Below, in pieces: positions 38,126 to 47,924 of a DNA stretch of 64,000 nucleotides; the first letter of the stretch is position 1; the number at the start of each line of letters is the position of its first letter. Both the position numbers and the translations under genes were made by a program. The notes beneath the pieces are model-generated. The model saw only the letters and a program-made list of their open reading frames with translations, did no database searches and was not told the DNA's origin. The stretch is from Chromatiales bacterium. GTDB taxonomy: Bacteria; Pseudomonadota; Gammaproteobacteria; SpSt-1174. The stretch is from assembly GCA_014762505.1 (NCBI GenBank), contig JABURS010000019.1, positions 12,919-76,918 on the forward strand, in the 5' to 3' direction.

Positions 38126-40978
38126 CTACAGGGCGCGGATCTTCTCGCGCTGGGCCTCGAGCTGTTCGAGGGCCGTGCGCATCTCGGCCTGGCGGTCGCG
38201 CTCCTTCTGCACCACCTCGGCCGGGGCCTTGTCGGCGAAGTTGGGGTTGGCGAGCTTGGCCTCGGTCTTCTCCAGGTTGGACTGGATCTTGCCGATCTCC
38301 TTGTCCAGGCGCGCGAGCTCGGCGTCCTTGTCGACCAGGCCGGCCAGCGGGATGAGGATCTTCATCTTGCCGACCAGCGCGGTGGCCGATTCCGGCGCCT
38401 CGGCATCGGCGGCCAGCCACTCCACGCCCTCGGGCCTGGCGAGGAAGTTGATGAAGGGGGCGTTGGCCGTGAAGCGGGCCTTGTCGGCCTCGGTCCAGTC
38501 CTGCAGCAGCACCGGCAGCGGCTTGCCCGGCGGGATGTCCATCTCCGCGCGGATGCGGCGCATGCCGAGGATGAAGGTCTTCACCCACTCGATGTCCTGC
38601 ATCGCCTGCGGATCGACCTTGCCTTCGTCCGCCTCGGGGTAGGGCTGCAGCTGGATGGTGTCCCCCCGGCTGCCGGCCAGCGGCGCGATCTGCTGCCAGA
38701 TCTCCTCGGTGATGTACGGCATGATCGGGTGCATCAGGCGCAGCAGGGTCTCGAGCACGCGCACCAGGGTGCGGCGGGTGCCGCGCTGGGCCGCGGCCGG
38801 TGTGTGCTCGTCGAACAGCACCGGCTTGGAGAGTTCCAGGTACCAGTCGCAGTACTCGTGCCAGGTGAACTCGTAGAGCGCCTTGGCGGCCAGATCGAAG
38901 CGGTAGTGCTCGATGTGGTCGCGCACCTCGGCCTCGGTCTGTTGCAGCAGGCTCGTGATCCAGCGGTCGGCCAGCGACAGCTCGACCTCGCCCTCGATGC
39001 CGGTGGCCGCTCCCGACGTCCTGTCTCCCGTGGCACTTGTACCTCCCTGTACATCGTCCTTCCCTTCCGTCTGCATCAGCACGTAGCGCGCGGCGTTCCA
39101 CAGCTTGTTGCAGAAGTTGCGGTAGCCCTCGATGCGGTTGAGGTCGAAGCGGATGTCGCGGCCGGTGGAGGCCAGCGAGGCGAAGGTGAAGCGCAGGGCG
39201 TCGGTGCCGAAGGCGGGGATGCCGTCGGGGAACTGCTTCTTCGTCGACTTGCGGATCTTGTCGGCCATCTGCGGCTGCATCAGCCCGCTGGTGCGCTTGG
39301 CGATCAGGTCGTCGAGCGCGATGCCGTCGATGAGATCGATGGGGTCGAGCACGTTGCCCTTGGACTTGGACATCTTCTGGCCCTCGGCGTCGCGCACCAG
39401 GCCGTGGACGTAGATCTCGTGGAAGGGCACGTCGTCCATGAACTTCAGGCCCATCATGATCATGCGGGCCACCCAGAAGAAGATAATGTCGAAGCCCGTG
39501 ACCAGCACCGAGGTGGGGTAGAAGGCCTTGAGCTCGTCGGTGTTGTCCGGCCAGCCCAGGGTGGAGAAGGGCCAGAGCGCGGAGGAGAACCAGGTGTCGA
39601 GCACGTCCTCGTCCTGGGTGAGCACGACGTCGTCGGCAAGCCCGTACTTCGCGCGCGCCTCGGTCTCGTCGTGGGCAACGTAGACCTGGCCGTTCGCGTC
39701 GTACCAGGCCGGGATGCGGTGGCCCCACCAGAGCTGGCGGCTGATGCACCAGTCCTCGATGTTCTCCAGCCAGTTGTAGTAGGTCTTGTCCCAGTTCTCG
39801 GGCACGAACCTGATGCGCCCGCCGCGCACGGCGTCGATGGCCGGCCGGGTGATGGCCGCACGGCCGCCCGGGCGGCCGTCGTCCTGCTGCTCGCGTGTGA
39901 GGTCCACGAACCACTGGTCGGTGAGGTAGGGCTCGATCACCGCACCAGAGCGGTCGCCGCGTGGCACCATCAGCTTGTGGTCGACGACCTTCTCCAGCAG
40001 GCCCGCGGCCTCGAGGTCGGCGACGATCTGCCTGCGCGCGTCGTAGCGGTCGAGTCCGCGGTATGCCTCCGGCGCGTTGTCATTGATCTTCGCGTCAATG
40101 GTGAAGATGTTGATCTGCGGGAGGTCATGCCGCTGCCCGACCGCGTAGTCGTTGAAGTCGTGCGCGGGGGTGATCTTCACGCAGCCGGTGCCGAACTCGG
40201 GGTCGACGTAGTCATCGCCCACGATCGGGATCTCGCGGCCGGTGAGCGGCAGGCGGATCATCCGGCCGATGAGGGACTTGTAGCGTTCGTCCTCCGGGTG
40301 CACGGCCACCGCACTGTCGCCGAGCATGGTCTCTGGACGGGTGGTGGCGACCACCAGGTGCCCGGAGCCGTCGGCCAGCGGGTAGCGCATGTGCCACATG
40401 TGGCCGTTCTCCTCCTCGGAGACGACCTCCAGGTCGGAGATGGCGGTGTGCAGCACCGGGTCCCAGTTGACCAGGCGCTTGCCGCGGTAGATCAGGCCCT
40501 CCTCGTGCAGGCGCACGAAGACCTCGGTGACGGCGCGTGACAGGCCGGCGTCCATGGTGAAGCGTTCGCGGCTCCAGTCCAGCGAGGCGCCCATGCGGCG
40601 CAGCTGGCGGGTGATGTGGCCGCCCGATTCCTCCTTCCAGTCCCACACGCGATCCAGGAAGGCCTCGCGGCCGAGGTCGTGGCGCGTCTGGCCGGCGGCG
40701 GCGAGCTGGCGTTCCACCACCATCTGCGTGGCGATACCCGCGTGGTCGGTGCCCGCCTGCCACAGCGTGTTGTCGCCCTTCATGCGGTGGTAGCGGATCA
40801 GCGCGTCCATGATCGTGTCCTGGAACGCGTGGCCCATGTGCAGCGTGCCGGTGACGTTCGGCGGCGGGATCATGATGCAGTAGGGCTGGCCCTCGCCCTT
40901 GGGGGCGAAGTGACCGGCCTGTTCCCAGGTCTGGTACCAGTGCTGCTCGATGGCGTGCGGGTCGTAGGTCTTTTCCAT
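38126..40978 (-). CDS. valS: Valine--tRNA ligase
   Basis: [19 protein letters not shown]-terminal coiled coil. Confidence 0.97.
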   Translation of the reverse strand: MEKTYDPHAIEQHWYQTWEQAGHFAPKGEGQPYCIMIPPPNVTGTLHMGHAFQDTIMDALIRYHRMKGDNTLWQAGTDHAGIATQMVVERQLAAAGQTRHDLGREAFLDRVWDWKEESGGHITRQLRRMGASLDWSRERFTMDAGLSRAVTEVFVRLHEEGLIYRGKRLVNWDPVLHTAISDLEVVSEEENGHMWHMRYPLADGSGHLVVATTRPETMLGDSAVAVHPEDERYKSLIGRMIRLPLTGREIPIVGDDYVDPEFGTGCVKITPAHDFNDYAVGQRHDLPQINIFTIDAKINDNAPEAYRGLDRYDARRQIVADLEAAGLLEKVVDHKLMVPRGDRSGAVIEPYLTDQWFVDLTREQQDDGRPGGRAAITRPAIDAVRGGRIRFVPENWDKTYYNWLENIEDWCISRQLWWGHRIPAWYDANGQVYVAHDETEARAKYGLADDVVLTQDEDVLDTWFSSALWPFSTLGWPDNTDELKAFYPTSVLVTGFDIIFFWVARMIMMGLKFMDDVPFHEIYVHGLVRDAEGQKMSKSKGNVLDPIDLIDGIALDDLIAKRTSGLMQPQMADKIRKSTKKQFPDGIPAFGTDALRFTFASLASTGRDIRFDLNRIEGYRNFCNKLWNAARYVLMQTEGKDDVQGGTSATGDRTSGAATGIEGEVELSLADRWITSLLQQTEAEVRDHIEHYRFDLAAKALYEFTWHEYCDWYLELSKPVLFDEHTPAAAQRGTRRTLVRVLETLLRLMHPIMPYITEEIWQQIAPLAGSRGDTIQLQPYPEADEGKVDPQAMQDIEWVKTFILGMRRIRAEMDIPPGKPLPVLLQDWTEADKARFTANAPFINFLARPEGVEWLAADAEAPESATALVGKMKILIPLAGLVDKDAELARLDKEIGKIQSNLEKTEAKLANPNFADKAPAEVVQKERDRQAEMRTALEQLEAQREKIRAL
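39005..39055 (-). repeat. 51-bp in-frame palindromic, GGA-rich insertion within valS
   Basis: Encodes [17 protein letters not shown] with atypical codons; TGTAC-AGGGAG-GTACA hairpin; removing it restores a canonical [20 protein letters not shown] segment. Confidence 0.65.
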
Positions 40979-41091
40979 GGATGCGGTCGCGTCAGCGGAT
41001 CGAATACGGTGTGCCGGCCGGTGTGCCGTCCTGACGGACGCGCGACCGGGGCGCGTAAAGCGGGGAAGTATATCGCAAGCGGGCGGGCGGT

Positions 41092-41532
41092 TCAGGCCGG
41101 CGGTTCGTCGGCCGGGCCGGCGAGCTCCTCGTGCAGCGCGGCCATCACGCGGCCGACGATCTCGTCGCGGGCCTCGCGCAGCTGGCGGGAGAGGGCCTCG
41201 TCCACCAGGGCCTCGATGCGCGGCTCCAGGGCGCTGAGCAGGGCGGCGGCATCGATGTCTGCTGCCGGGCCGGAGGTCCCGCTGCGTTCCGGGGCCGCCG
41301 GGGAGGCGTCCTCGTACGCCATCCCCAGCCACGCCTCGGCCTCGCGCACGGCCTCGGCGAAGAAGTCGGCATCCTCCGGTTCGGCGGCCGGGGCGTCGGT
41401 GGCCGGCTCCGGCTCCAGCTGCATGTCCAGCTGGCCGTCGGTGGCGGGTGCCGGTCTCGGCCGGCTGTGGCTGCCGGGCTGCACCAGGTCGGTGAGGGTG
41501 GGGATGTCGGTGTCGCGGTCTCTGGCGGTCAT
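41092..41532 (-). CDS. Hypothetical acidic protein (IPTLTDLV motif, disordered linker, C-terminal helix)
   Basis: ORF between holC and valS, co-oriented with both. Confidence 0.7.
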   Translation of the reverse strand: MTARDRDTDIPTLTDLVQPGSHSRPRPAPATDGQLDMQLEPEPATDAPAAEPEDADFFAEAVREAEAWLGMAYEDASPAAPERSGTSGPAADIDAAALLSALEPRIEALVDEALSRQLREARDEIVGRVMAALHEELAGPADEPPA

Positions 41533-41536
41533 GGGA

Positions 41537-41965
41537 TCACCGGTCGAGTTCGTGGGTGGCGAGCGGGTAGCCCCGGTCGCGGTAGAAGCGGAAACGCTCG
41601 CGGCCGAGGCGGCGGGCCGCCTCGTCGCGGTCGATGATCTCGGCCACGCGCTCGAAGCGGCTGAAAAAGCCCGGCACCTCGGGGGCGAGGTTGATGAGCA
41701 CCTCGCACTCGCCGGTCGGCTCCCAGCACTCGCTGAGGGTGACTGGACAGTCCGCGCCGGCCTCGGTCACGCGCTCGTGCGGCAGGAAGCTGCCGTCGCG
41801 AAAGGTCCACAGCAGCTCGTCGAGCATCACGGCCTCCTCGGCGGAGGCGGCGTGCAGGTGCACCCGATGTCCCATGCCCCAGGCCTTTTCCGCCAGCCGG
41901 CAGGCCGTGAGGTGGCGGCCTGCCCTGGCGTCATCGCCGAGGATGTAGAAGTCGACGCGGGTCAT
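41537..41965 (-). CDS. holC: DNA polymerase III subunit chi
   Basis: RVDFYIL, CRLAEKA, LDELLW...SFLPH, RERFRFYRDRGY; pepA-holC-valS synteny. Confidence 0.93.
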   Translation of the reverse strand: MTRVDFYILGDDARAGRHLTACRLAEKAWGMGHRVHLHAASAEEAVMLDELLWTFRDGSFLPHERVTEAGADCPVTLSECWEPTGECEVLINLAPEVPGFFSRFERVAEIIDRDEAARRLGRERFRFYRDRGYPLATHELDR

Positions 41966-41972
41966 CGGCCGG

Positions 41973-43466
41973 TCAGTGCGCCCGTTTGAGCAGCCAGGAC
42001 ATGAGCAGCGGCACCGGCCGGCCGGTGGCGCCCTTGTCCTTGCCGGACTTCCAGGCCGTGCCGGCGATGTCCATGTGCGCCCAGTGGTACTTCTTTGCGA
42101 AACGCGAGAGGAAGCAGGCGGCGGTGATGCTGCCGGCCGGGCGACCGCCGATGTTGGCCATGTCGGCGAAGTTGCTGTCCAGCTGTTCCTGGTAGTCGTC
42201 CCACAGCGGCAGTTCCCAGGCCGGGTCCACCGCGTCCTTGCCGGCGGTCAGCAGGTCGTTCACCAGTGGGCTGTGGTTGCCGAGCACCGCCGAGGCGACG
42301 TGGCCCAGGGCGATGATGCAGGCACCGGTGAGGGTGGCGATGTCCACCACGGCGGCGGGGTGGTACTTCTCCACGGAGGTGAGGGCGTCGCAGAGTACCA
42401 GGCGGCCCTCGGCGTCGGTGTTGAGGATCTCCACGGTCTGGCCGGACATCGTGGTGACGATGTCGCCGGGCTTGCTGGCGCGACCGTCGGGCATGTTCTC
42501 GGCGGCGGCCACCACGCCGACGATGTTGATCGGCAACTGCAGTTCGCAGACGGCGGTGATCACGCCGAACACGCTGGCGGCACCGCCCATGTCGAACTTC
42601 ATCTCGTCCATGGCCGCCCCCGGCTTGATGGAGATGCCACCGGTGTCGAAGGTGATGCCCTTGCCCACCAGCACCACCGGTCTGGCATTCTTGTCGCCGC
42701 CGCGATAGTCCATGGTGATGAGCTTGGCCGGCTGTTCGCTGCCCTTCGATACGGAGAGCAGGGCGCCCATGCCGAGCTTCTCCATGTCGGTCTCTTCCAG
42801 CACCTCGACCTTGAGCTTGCGGAAGGTCTTCTTCAGGCGCTGGGCCTCTTCCGCCAGGTAGGTCGGGGTGCAGATGTTGCCCGGCAGGTTGGCCAGGTCC
42901 TTTGCCCGCTTCATGCCGGCGGCGATGGCCATGCCCTCGCGGGCAGCCTGCTCGCCCTTCATCAGCTCGCGGCGGGTGGGTACGTTGAGTACGATCTTCT
43001 TCAGCGGCCGTTTGGCCTCGGGCTTCTTCTCGCTCTTGAGCTGGTCGAAGCGGTAGAGCGCATCCTCGGTGTGAATCACGGTCTGGCGGATCTTCCAGGC
43101 GCTGTCCGCGCCCTTGACCGCCAGCTCGGTGAGATAGGAGACGGCCTCGGTGGCGCCGCTGGCGTTGACGGCACGCACGGCCGCGACCGTGGCCTTCTGC
43201 AGGGCCTTTTCGTCGAATTCGCGCTCGCGGCCGCAGCCGACAACCAGCACGCGGTCACAGAGGGTGTTGGGCAAGTTGTAAAGCCACAGGGTCTGGCCGA
43301 GATCGCCCGTGAGGTCGCCGCGGCGCATCAGGGCGCCGATCATGCCCTCGCTGGCCTGGTCGATGGCCTTGGCGGCGGTGGACAGACGCTTGGACTGGAA
43401 CACGCCGACGATGACACAGGCGCTGCGTTGTTTTTCGGGCGTGCCGCTCTTGATGGCAAATTCCAT
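41973..43466 (-). CDS. pepA: Leucyl aminopeptidase
   Basis: VGKGITFDTGG, MKFDMGG, NTDAEGRL, DIATLTGA. Confidence 0.96.
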   Translation of the reverse strand: MEFAIKSGTPEKQRSACVIVGVFQSKRLSTAAKAIDQASEGMIGALMRRGDLTGDLGQTLWLYNLPNTLCDRVLVVGCGREREFDEKALQKATVAAVRAVNASGATEAVSYLTELAVKGADSAWKIRQTVIHTEDALYRFDQLKSEKKPEAKRPLKKIVLNVPTRRELMKGEQAAREGMAIAAGMKRAKDLANLPGNICTPTYLAEEAQRLKKTFRKLKVEVLEETDMEKLGMGALLSVSKGSEQPAKLITMDYRGGDKNARPVVLVGKGITFDTGGISIKPGAAMDEMKFDMGGAASVFGVITAVCELQLPINIVGVVAAAENMPDGRASKPGDIVTTMSGQTVEILNTDAEGRLVLCDALTSVEKYHPAAVVDIATLTGACIIALGHVASAVLGNHSPLVNDLLTAGKDAVDPAWELPLWDDYQEQLDSNFADMANIGGRPAGSITAACFLSRFAKKYHWAHMDIAGTAWKSGKDKGATGRPVPLLMSWLLKRAH

Positions 43467-43627
43467 GGGGGTCTCCTGTTGATCGTGGCGAGGATCGCAG
43501 TGGCCGGCACCGGTATGCGGTCTTCCGGCCTGCGTCGATGCGTCCAATTCTAGGGAAAATCCCGGCGAGTTACACGCAAAGGCATGGATTCCGCCCGGGC
43601 ATTTCCCGCTGGCAGCAGACTCGGCTG

Positions 43628-44149
43628 CTAGCCATGATCATCGTCGTCGCCGCTCCGGTCGCCAGCAGGCTTGCGTCCGGCGCGTATGTACACGAGTCGG
43701 GTGCCCGAGTAGAGGTCGTGTAGCGCCAGGCGATCGGCGCGAACCAGGCTGAGCAGGAAACCGCCACCCAGCAGTGCCCAGGAGACCAGTGCCCAGAGAT
43801 AGCGCTTGAGCGCATCGCCCCAGCCCAGCCTGCCGCCGTCGAAGCGCTCCACGCGCACGCCCCAGGTCTTCATCCCCAGCGACTGGCCGCCATGGGTCCA
43901 GAACCAGCCGTAGAAGACGTACACCACTGCGAGCAGGTAGGCATAAAAGCCAAGACGCAGCAGGAGACTGCCTTCGTAGAAGGCCGGGCGCAGCGCCTGT
44001 GCATCGTCCATGGGGGGCGTGAGCAGGACCACGGGTGGGATGCTCGCGATGAAGACCAGGGCGGCAATCAACAACAGATCGTAAACAATGCAGAGCAGAC
44101 GGCGTACCAGGCCCGCCGTCGGCAGGCTGTCGGTGCTGTGTAGAGTCAT
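43628..44149 (-). CDS. RDD family membrane protein
   Basis: AGLVRRL..IVYD, GQSLGMKTW, LHDLYSGT. Confidence 0.85.
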   Translation of the reverse strand: MTLHSTDSLPTAGLVRRLLCIVYDLLLIAALVFIASIPPVVLLTPPMDDAQALRPAFYEGSLLLRLGFYAYLLAVVYVFYGWFWTHGGQSLGMKTWGVRVERFDGGRLGWGDALKRYLWALVSWALLGGGFLLSLVRADRLALHDLYSGTRLVYIRAGRKPAGDRSGDDDDHG

Positions 44150-44281
44150 GTTTTCGGGAAAAGGCGCTTTATGGATAAAGGGATGCTTGTGTGTTAAATA
44201 CAATACTGCAAGGGGGGGATTGATAACACAGACAAGCACAATAAATAAGAAAATTTTAATAAACCACTCGGAGGAAATTCC

Positions 44282-44638
44282 ATGAGCGTAGTCTCGGAGC
44301 TGATGCACCTGCCCGGCGTCATTGCGGCAGGTGAGTATTCATATCGGGGGGATCGCTATTCCTATGAAGGCAAACTGGACGAGGAAATGGCGCGCATGGC
44401 GTCCATCATGTGCCGCGCCACCAGCATGGGGGTGCACATGGAGGGCGGCATACTCGGTGACTACTGCGAAAACTGCGGCCTGGTGCCCGTGAAGGGCTGG
44501 GCGGTGAAGGGGCCGCACTTCGCCGTCTGCGTCATGGCGAATGTGTTCTGTTTTCTCGACGCACAGGCCGGTTCATTGAACGAGGCGATGCGCACCCTGC
44601 AGCGCAACCTCGCGGATGCGCCGGATAACCTGATCTGA
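44282..44638 (+). CDS. DUF2173-like protein (paralog 1)
   Basis: LMHLPGVIAAGEY, GWAVKGP..AVCV; GGAGG RBS. Confidence 0.75.
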   Translation: MSVVSELMHLPGVIAAGEYSYRGDRYSYEGKLDEEMARMASIMCRATSMGVHMEGGILGDYCENCGLVPVKGWAVKGPHFAVCVMANVFCFLDAQAGSLNEAMRTLQRNLADAPDNLI

Positions 44639-44705
44639 ATAACAACAAGCCACATCACAACAACACAACAACACAAATCACCACTGATTCAGGATTGGAG
44701 GGAAC

Positions 44706-45041
44706 ATGGCTGATCTCGACAAACTCATGGGCCTGCCGGGTGCGATGGCGGCGTTCGAATATTCCGACAAGGGGGAGCTGGTCGCCAGCAAGATCGCTTC
44801 GGGGGCCGATCTCAACGAACAGGTACTGGACATGCTGAGTCATGTCTGCGTGGCCAATGTCTCGATTGCCACCATGCAGGCGCGCGGTTGGGAAGGGCTG
44901 ACCGGCATGAAGGGCTTCTACCCGATCGGCGGCTTCACGCTGATGGGGGTGGACTGGTCTGCCGTGGCCCGCGGTACCCAGGGCGTGGTGCTGAAGAACA
45001 GCGACGCGGACTATCAGGCCGCCTACGACGCGCTGGCGTAA
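44706..45041 (+). CDS. DUF2173-like protein (paralog 2)
   Basis: LDKLMGLPGAMAAFEYSDKGEL, MQARGW...GF.P..GF. Confidence 0.78.
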   Translation: MADLDKLMGLPGAMAAFEYSDKGELVASKIASGADLNEQVLDMLSHVCVANVSIATMQARGWEGLTGMKGFYPIGGFTLMGVDWSAVARGTQGVVLKNSDADYQAAYDALA

Positions 45042-45053
45042 CGGGGAGGTGGC

Positions 45054-45383
45054 ATGATCAAACGAATGCTGGCATTGGACGGCGTGCAGGTCGTCGTGCA
45101 TTTTCGCGATGACGGCCAGTTCGTCGAGGGCTATGGCGGGTTGCCGGAAGAGCACATGGTGCGGCTGGCCCGTTTCGCCCATGAATACAAGCGACTCACC
45201 CAGGGGAATGCCGATCAGCTTTCCATGTTCACGCAGCGCCGTGGCTGGACACCGCCAAAGGGCTGGATCGTGCATGGACAGGCCATGAGCGTGTGTAGTG
45301 TCGGCAACCTGGCATGTGTGATCGACCACACAGGCAATCTGAACGAAATCATGAAGGAACTCGAAGAAGCGTCGAGTTATTGA
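45054..45383 (+). CDS. DUF2173-like protein (paralog 3)
   Basis: MLALDGV...FRDDG, GWTPPKGWIVHG...SVCSVGN. Confidence 0.75.
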   Translation: MIKRMLALDGVQVVVHFRDDGQFVEGYGGLPEEHMVRLARFAHEYKRLTQGNADQLSMFTQRRGWTPPKGWIVHGQAMSVCSVGNLACVIDHTGNLNEIMKELEEASSY

Positions 45384-45400
45384 TGTCGTCTCTTGTCATG

Positions 45401-45434
45401 AAAACGGGCCCGGTCAACCGGGCCCGTTTTTTTT
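45401..45434. terminator. Intrinsic terminator after the DUF2173 trio
   Basis: AAAACGGGCCCGGT-CA-ACCGGGCCCGTTTTTTTT. Confidence 0.8.
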
Positions 45435-45460
45435 ACGCCTGGATAATTCACTGATTGTGT

Positions 45461-45488
45461 TTGAAAAAAAACTTTTAACACATATACT
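45461..45488 (+). promoter_or_regulatory. Sigma70-like promoter of the histone-like gene
   Basis: TTGAAA-N16-TATACT upstream of a GGGAG RBS. Confidence 0.55.
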
Positions 45489-45521
45489 CGGGGTGAACTT
45501 CTTTTTGGGAGACAACCACCA

Positions 45522-46055
45522 ATGGCTGGCGTAAAGAAGGCTGCAACGAAGAAAAAGGCTGCGCGTCGCGCGGCCGGTACCAAGAAGGCGAGCACGAAGA
45601 AGTCCACCACGAAAAAGACCGCTACCCGTCGCGCAGGCACGAAGAAGAAGGCGGTGCGCGCAACCACCACGAAGAAAAAGGCTGCGACGAAGAAGAAGGC
45701 CGCTGCCAAGAAAAAGGCCGGCGCACGCAAGGGTGGCGCCACCCGGGCACGTAATGCCGCTTCCCGCGAGCGCGCCGCCAAGCAGCGCGAGCTGGTGAAA
45801 AACCTGCGCGATACCGTCAAGGCGCTCAAGGCCGAGATGAAGGCGGTCAAGGACCAGGCAAAGGCCGAAGCGAAGCTGTTCAAGGAAGAACTCAATGGCG
45901 TCCTCAAGCGCGAACAGGAACTGCTCAAGTTGGGTGAGAAGAAGGCCGCCGAGATGATTCGTCACGGCGAACGCTGGGAAAAGAAACAGATCGCCAGAAT
46001 CAAGAAGGCGGTCGGCAAGAAAAAGAGCCGTCGCAAGAAAAAGGCGGCATCCTGA
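45522..46055 (+). CDS. Lys/Ala-rich histone H1-like nucleoid protein with a coiled-coil domain
   Basis: Repeated KKAATKKK / AGTKKK units, a central helical segment and a basic C-terminal tail. Confidence 0.75.
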   Translation: MAGVKKAATKKKAARRAAGTKKASTKKSTTKKTATRRAGTKKKAVRATTTKKKAATKKKAAAKKKAGARKGGATRARNAASRERAAKQRELVKNLRDTVKALKAEMKAVKDQAKAEAKLFKEELNGVLKREQELLKLGEKKAAEMIRHGERWEKKQIARIKKAVGKKKSRRKKKAAS

Positions 46056-46071
46056 GCGATCAGGCAGTAAC

Positions 46072-46103
46072 GAAAAAGGCGGCCCGAACGGGCCGCCTTT
46101 TTC
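46072..46103. terminator. Bidirectional intrinsic terminator
   Basis: GAAAAAGGCGGCCCG-AA-CGGGCCGCCTTTTTC. Confidence 0.8.
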
Positions 46104-46140
46104 GTTGAGCCACAAAAAAATGGTGACAATCGTCTGCTGC

Positions 46141-47385
46141 TCAGAACAACCCGGCGAACGGAATCACCTCCACCCATTCCCCCGCCTCGACATCCCCCGA
46201 CTCGCGCGGCAGCGCGATGAAGCAGTTGGCCCGGCTCATGGAGCTCAGCACATGCGAGCCCTGCAGGCCGGTGGTGTCGACGGCGAGCGTACCGTCGTCC
46301 GCCTGTGCGAGGATACCGCGCTGGTAGTCCTTGCGTCCCGGCCTTTTCTTCAGGCGGTTCTGTGTGCGTGCCTTCAGCATGAGTGGCGGAACTGGAATGG
46401 CACCGGCGCGCTTGAGCAGCGCCGGGCGTGCGAACAGGATGAAGGTGGCCATCACGGATACGGGATTGCCGGGCAGGCCGAAGAACACGGCCTCGCCCAG
46501 GCGGCCGAAGGCGAGCGGGCGGCCGGGTTTCATGGCGATCTTCCAGAAATCCACCTTGCCCAGCGCGTCGAGCGTCTGTTTCACGTAGTCGGCATCGCCC
46601 ACCGAGACGCCGCCGGAGGTGATGACCACGTCGGCATGGGCTGCGGCCTCGGCGAAGGCGGCGCGCACGGCCGCGGGGTCATCCGGGATCACGCCCATGT
46701 CGCGGATGATGACCGGCAGGCGCTCGAGCAGGGCGTGCAGGGTATAGCGGTTGCTGTCGTAGATGTCGCCCTCGCCGAGCCTGCTGCCGATGCCCTTGAG
46801 TTCGTCGCCGGTGGAAAAGAAGGCCACCACCGGCCGGCGATGGACGTCGATCTCGGCGATACCGAAGGAGGCGAGCAGGCCGATGTCGGCGGCATTCAGC
46901 CGGCGGCCGGCCTCGAGTACCACCTCGCCGGCCTGCATGTCCTCGCCGGGATGGCGCACGTTGTCACCCGCCCGCTGCCCCGGCGCGAGGATGATGGTGT
47001 CGCCCTGGCGTTGCACGTTTTCCTGCATGACGACGGTGTCGGCCCCCGTGGGGACCACGGCGCCGGTCATGATGCGCACGGCCTGGCCGGCCGCGAGTTC
47101 GCCTGCAAAGGGTCTGCCGGCGAAGGACCCGCCGATCACGGCAAGTCGCGCCTCGCCCTCTGCCGGCAGGTCGGCGGATCTCACGGCATAGCCGTCCATC
47201 GCCGAGTTGCGGTGGGGCGGTACGTCGAAGGGGGCCGTCACATCGGTGGCGAGCACGCGGTCGAGCGCGGCACGCAGAAAGACGCGTTCGCGGCCGCTCA
47301 CCGGCTCGACGATGCGGTCGATGAGTGCCTGTGCCTGTTCGACCGTGAGTGAATTCGGATCGTATTCGTCGCAGCCGTGGTTCAT
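46141..47385 (-). CDS. moeA: Molybdopterin molybdotransferase
   Basis: NSAMDGYA, RIMTGA, STGDEL, TSGGVSVGDAD, LPGNPVS. Confidence 0.95.
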   Translation of the reverse strand: MNHGCDEYDPNSLTVEQAQALIDRIVEPVSGRERVFLRAALDRVLATDVTAPFDVPPHRNSAMDGYAVRSADLPAEGEARLAVIGGSFAGRPFAGELAAGQAVRIMTGAVVPTGADTVVMQENVQRQGDTIILAPGQRAGDNVRHPGEDMQAGEVVLEAGRRLNAADIGLLASFGIAEIDVHRRPVVAFFSTGDELKGIGSRLGEGDIYDSNRYTLHALLERLPVIIRDMGVIPDDPAAVRAAFAEAAAHADVVITSGGVSVGDADYVKQTLDALGKVDFWKIAMKPGRPLAFGRLGEAVFFGLPGNPVSVMATFILFARPALLKRAGAIPVPPLMLKARTQNRLKKRPGRKDYQRGILAQADDGTLAVDTTGLQGSHVLSSMSRANCFIALPRESGDVEAGEWVEVIPFAGLF

Positions 47386-47924
47386 GCGGCAGGCCCTTTC
47401 CTGAGGTGGTTCATGATGAAGTCGGCCACGCCTGCCGGGTCGTTGATCGACAGCAGTGGCAGCCCGGTGTCGAGCATCTCCGGCGCGTCGGTGGCGATGG
47501 CGATGATGTCGCTGTCCGCCGGGTACAACAGCGGCTTGCCGACCTCGCGGCGATGCAGCTCGATCTTGGGGAAGGCCTCGTGCTTGAAGCCCTCGACCAG
47601 GATGAGGTCGGCCCGGTCCTGGTCGATGCGGGCGACGAGCTCGGCCAGTTGCGGCTCGCGCGGGCTGTCGAGATCGGTCATCAGCGCCCAGCGGACATCG
47701 GAGGTGATGAGCATCTGCGCCGCACCGGCCTTGCGCAGCTCGTAGCTGTCCTTGCCGGGCTGGTCCACGTCGAAGGCATGATGCGCGCGCTTGATCATGG
47801 CGATGCGCAGGCCCCGCTCCCGCAGCAGGGGGATGAGCTGCGTGAGCAGGGTGGTCTTGCCCGTGCCGCTGTAGGCGGCAAAGCCGAGCACCGGGATGCG
47901 GGCCTGGATGGGGCGATCAGTCAT
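47382..47924 (-). CDS. mobB: Molybdopterin-guanine dinucleotide biosynthesis protein B
   Basis: YSGTGKTT, DQPGKDS, LVEGFKH. Confidence 0.93.
   Translation of the reverse strand: MTDRPIQARIPVLGFAAYSGTGKTTLLTQLIPLLRERGLRIAMIKRAHHAFDVDQPGKDSYELRKAGAAQMLITSDVRWALMTDLDSPREPQLAELVARIDQDRADLILVEGFKHEAFPKIELHRREVGKPLLYPADSDIIAIATDAPEMLDTGLPLLSINDPAGVADFIMNHLRKGPAA

Noticed and set aside
44220..44234. FNR box upstream of the DUF2173 operon
   Set aside because: Only the TTGAT half-site is present; the second half does not match ATCAA
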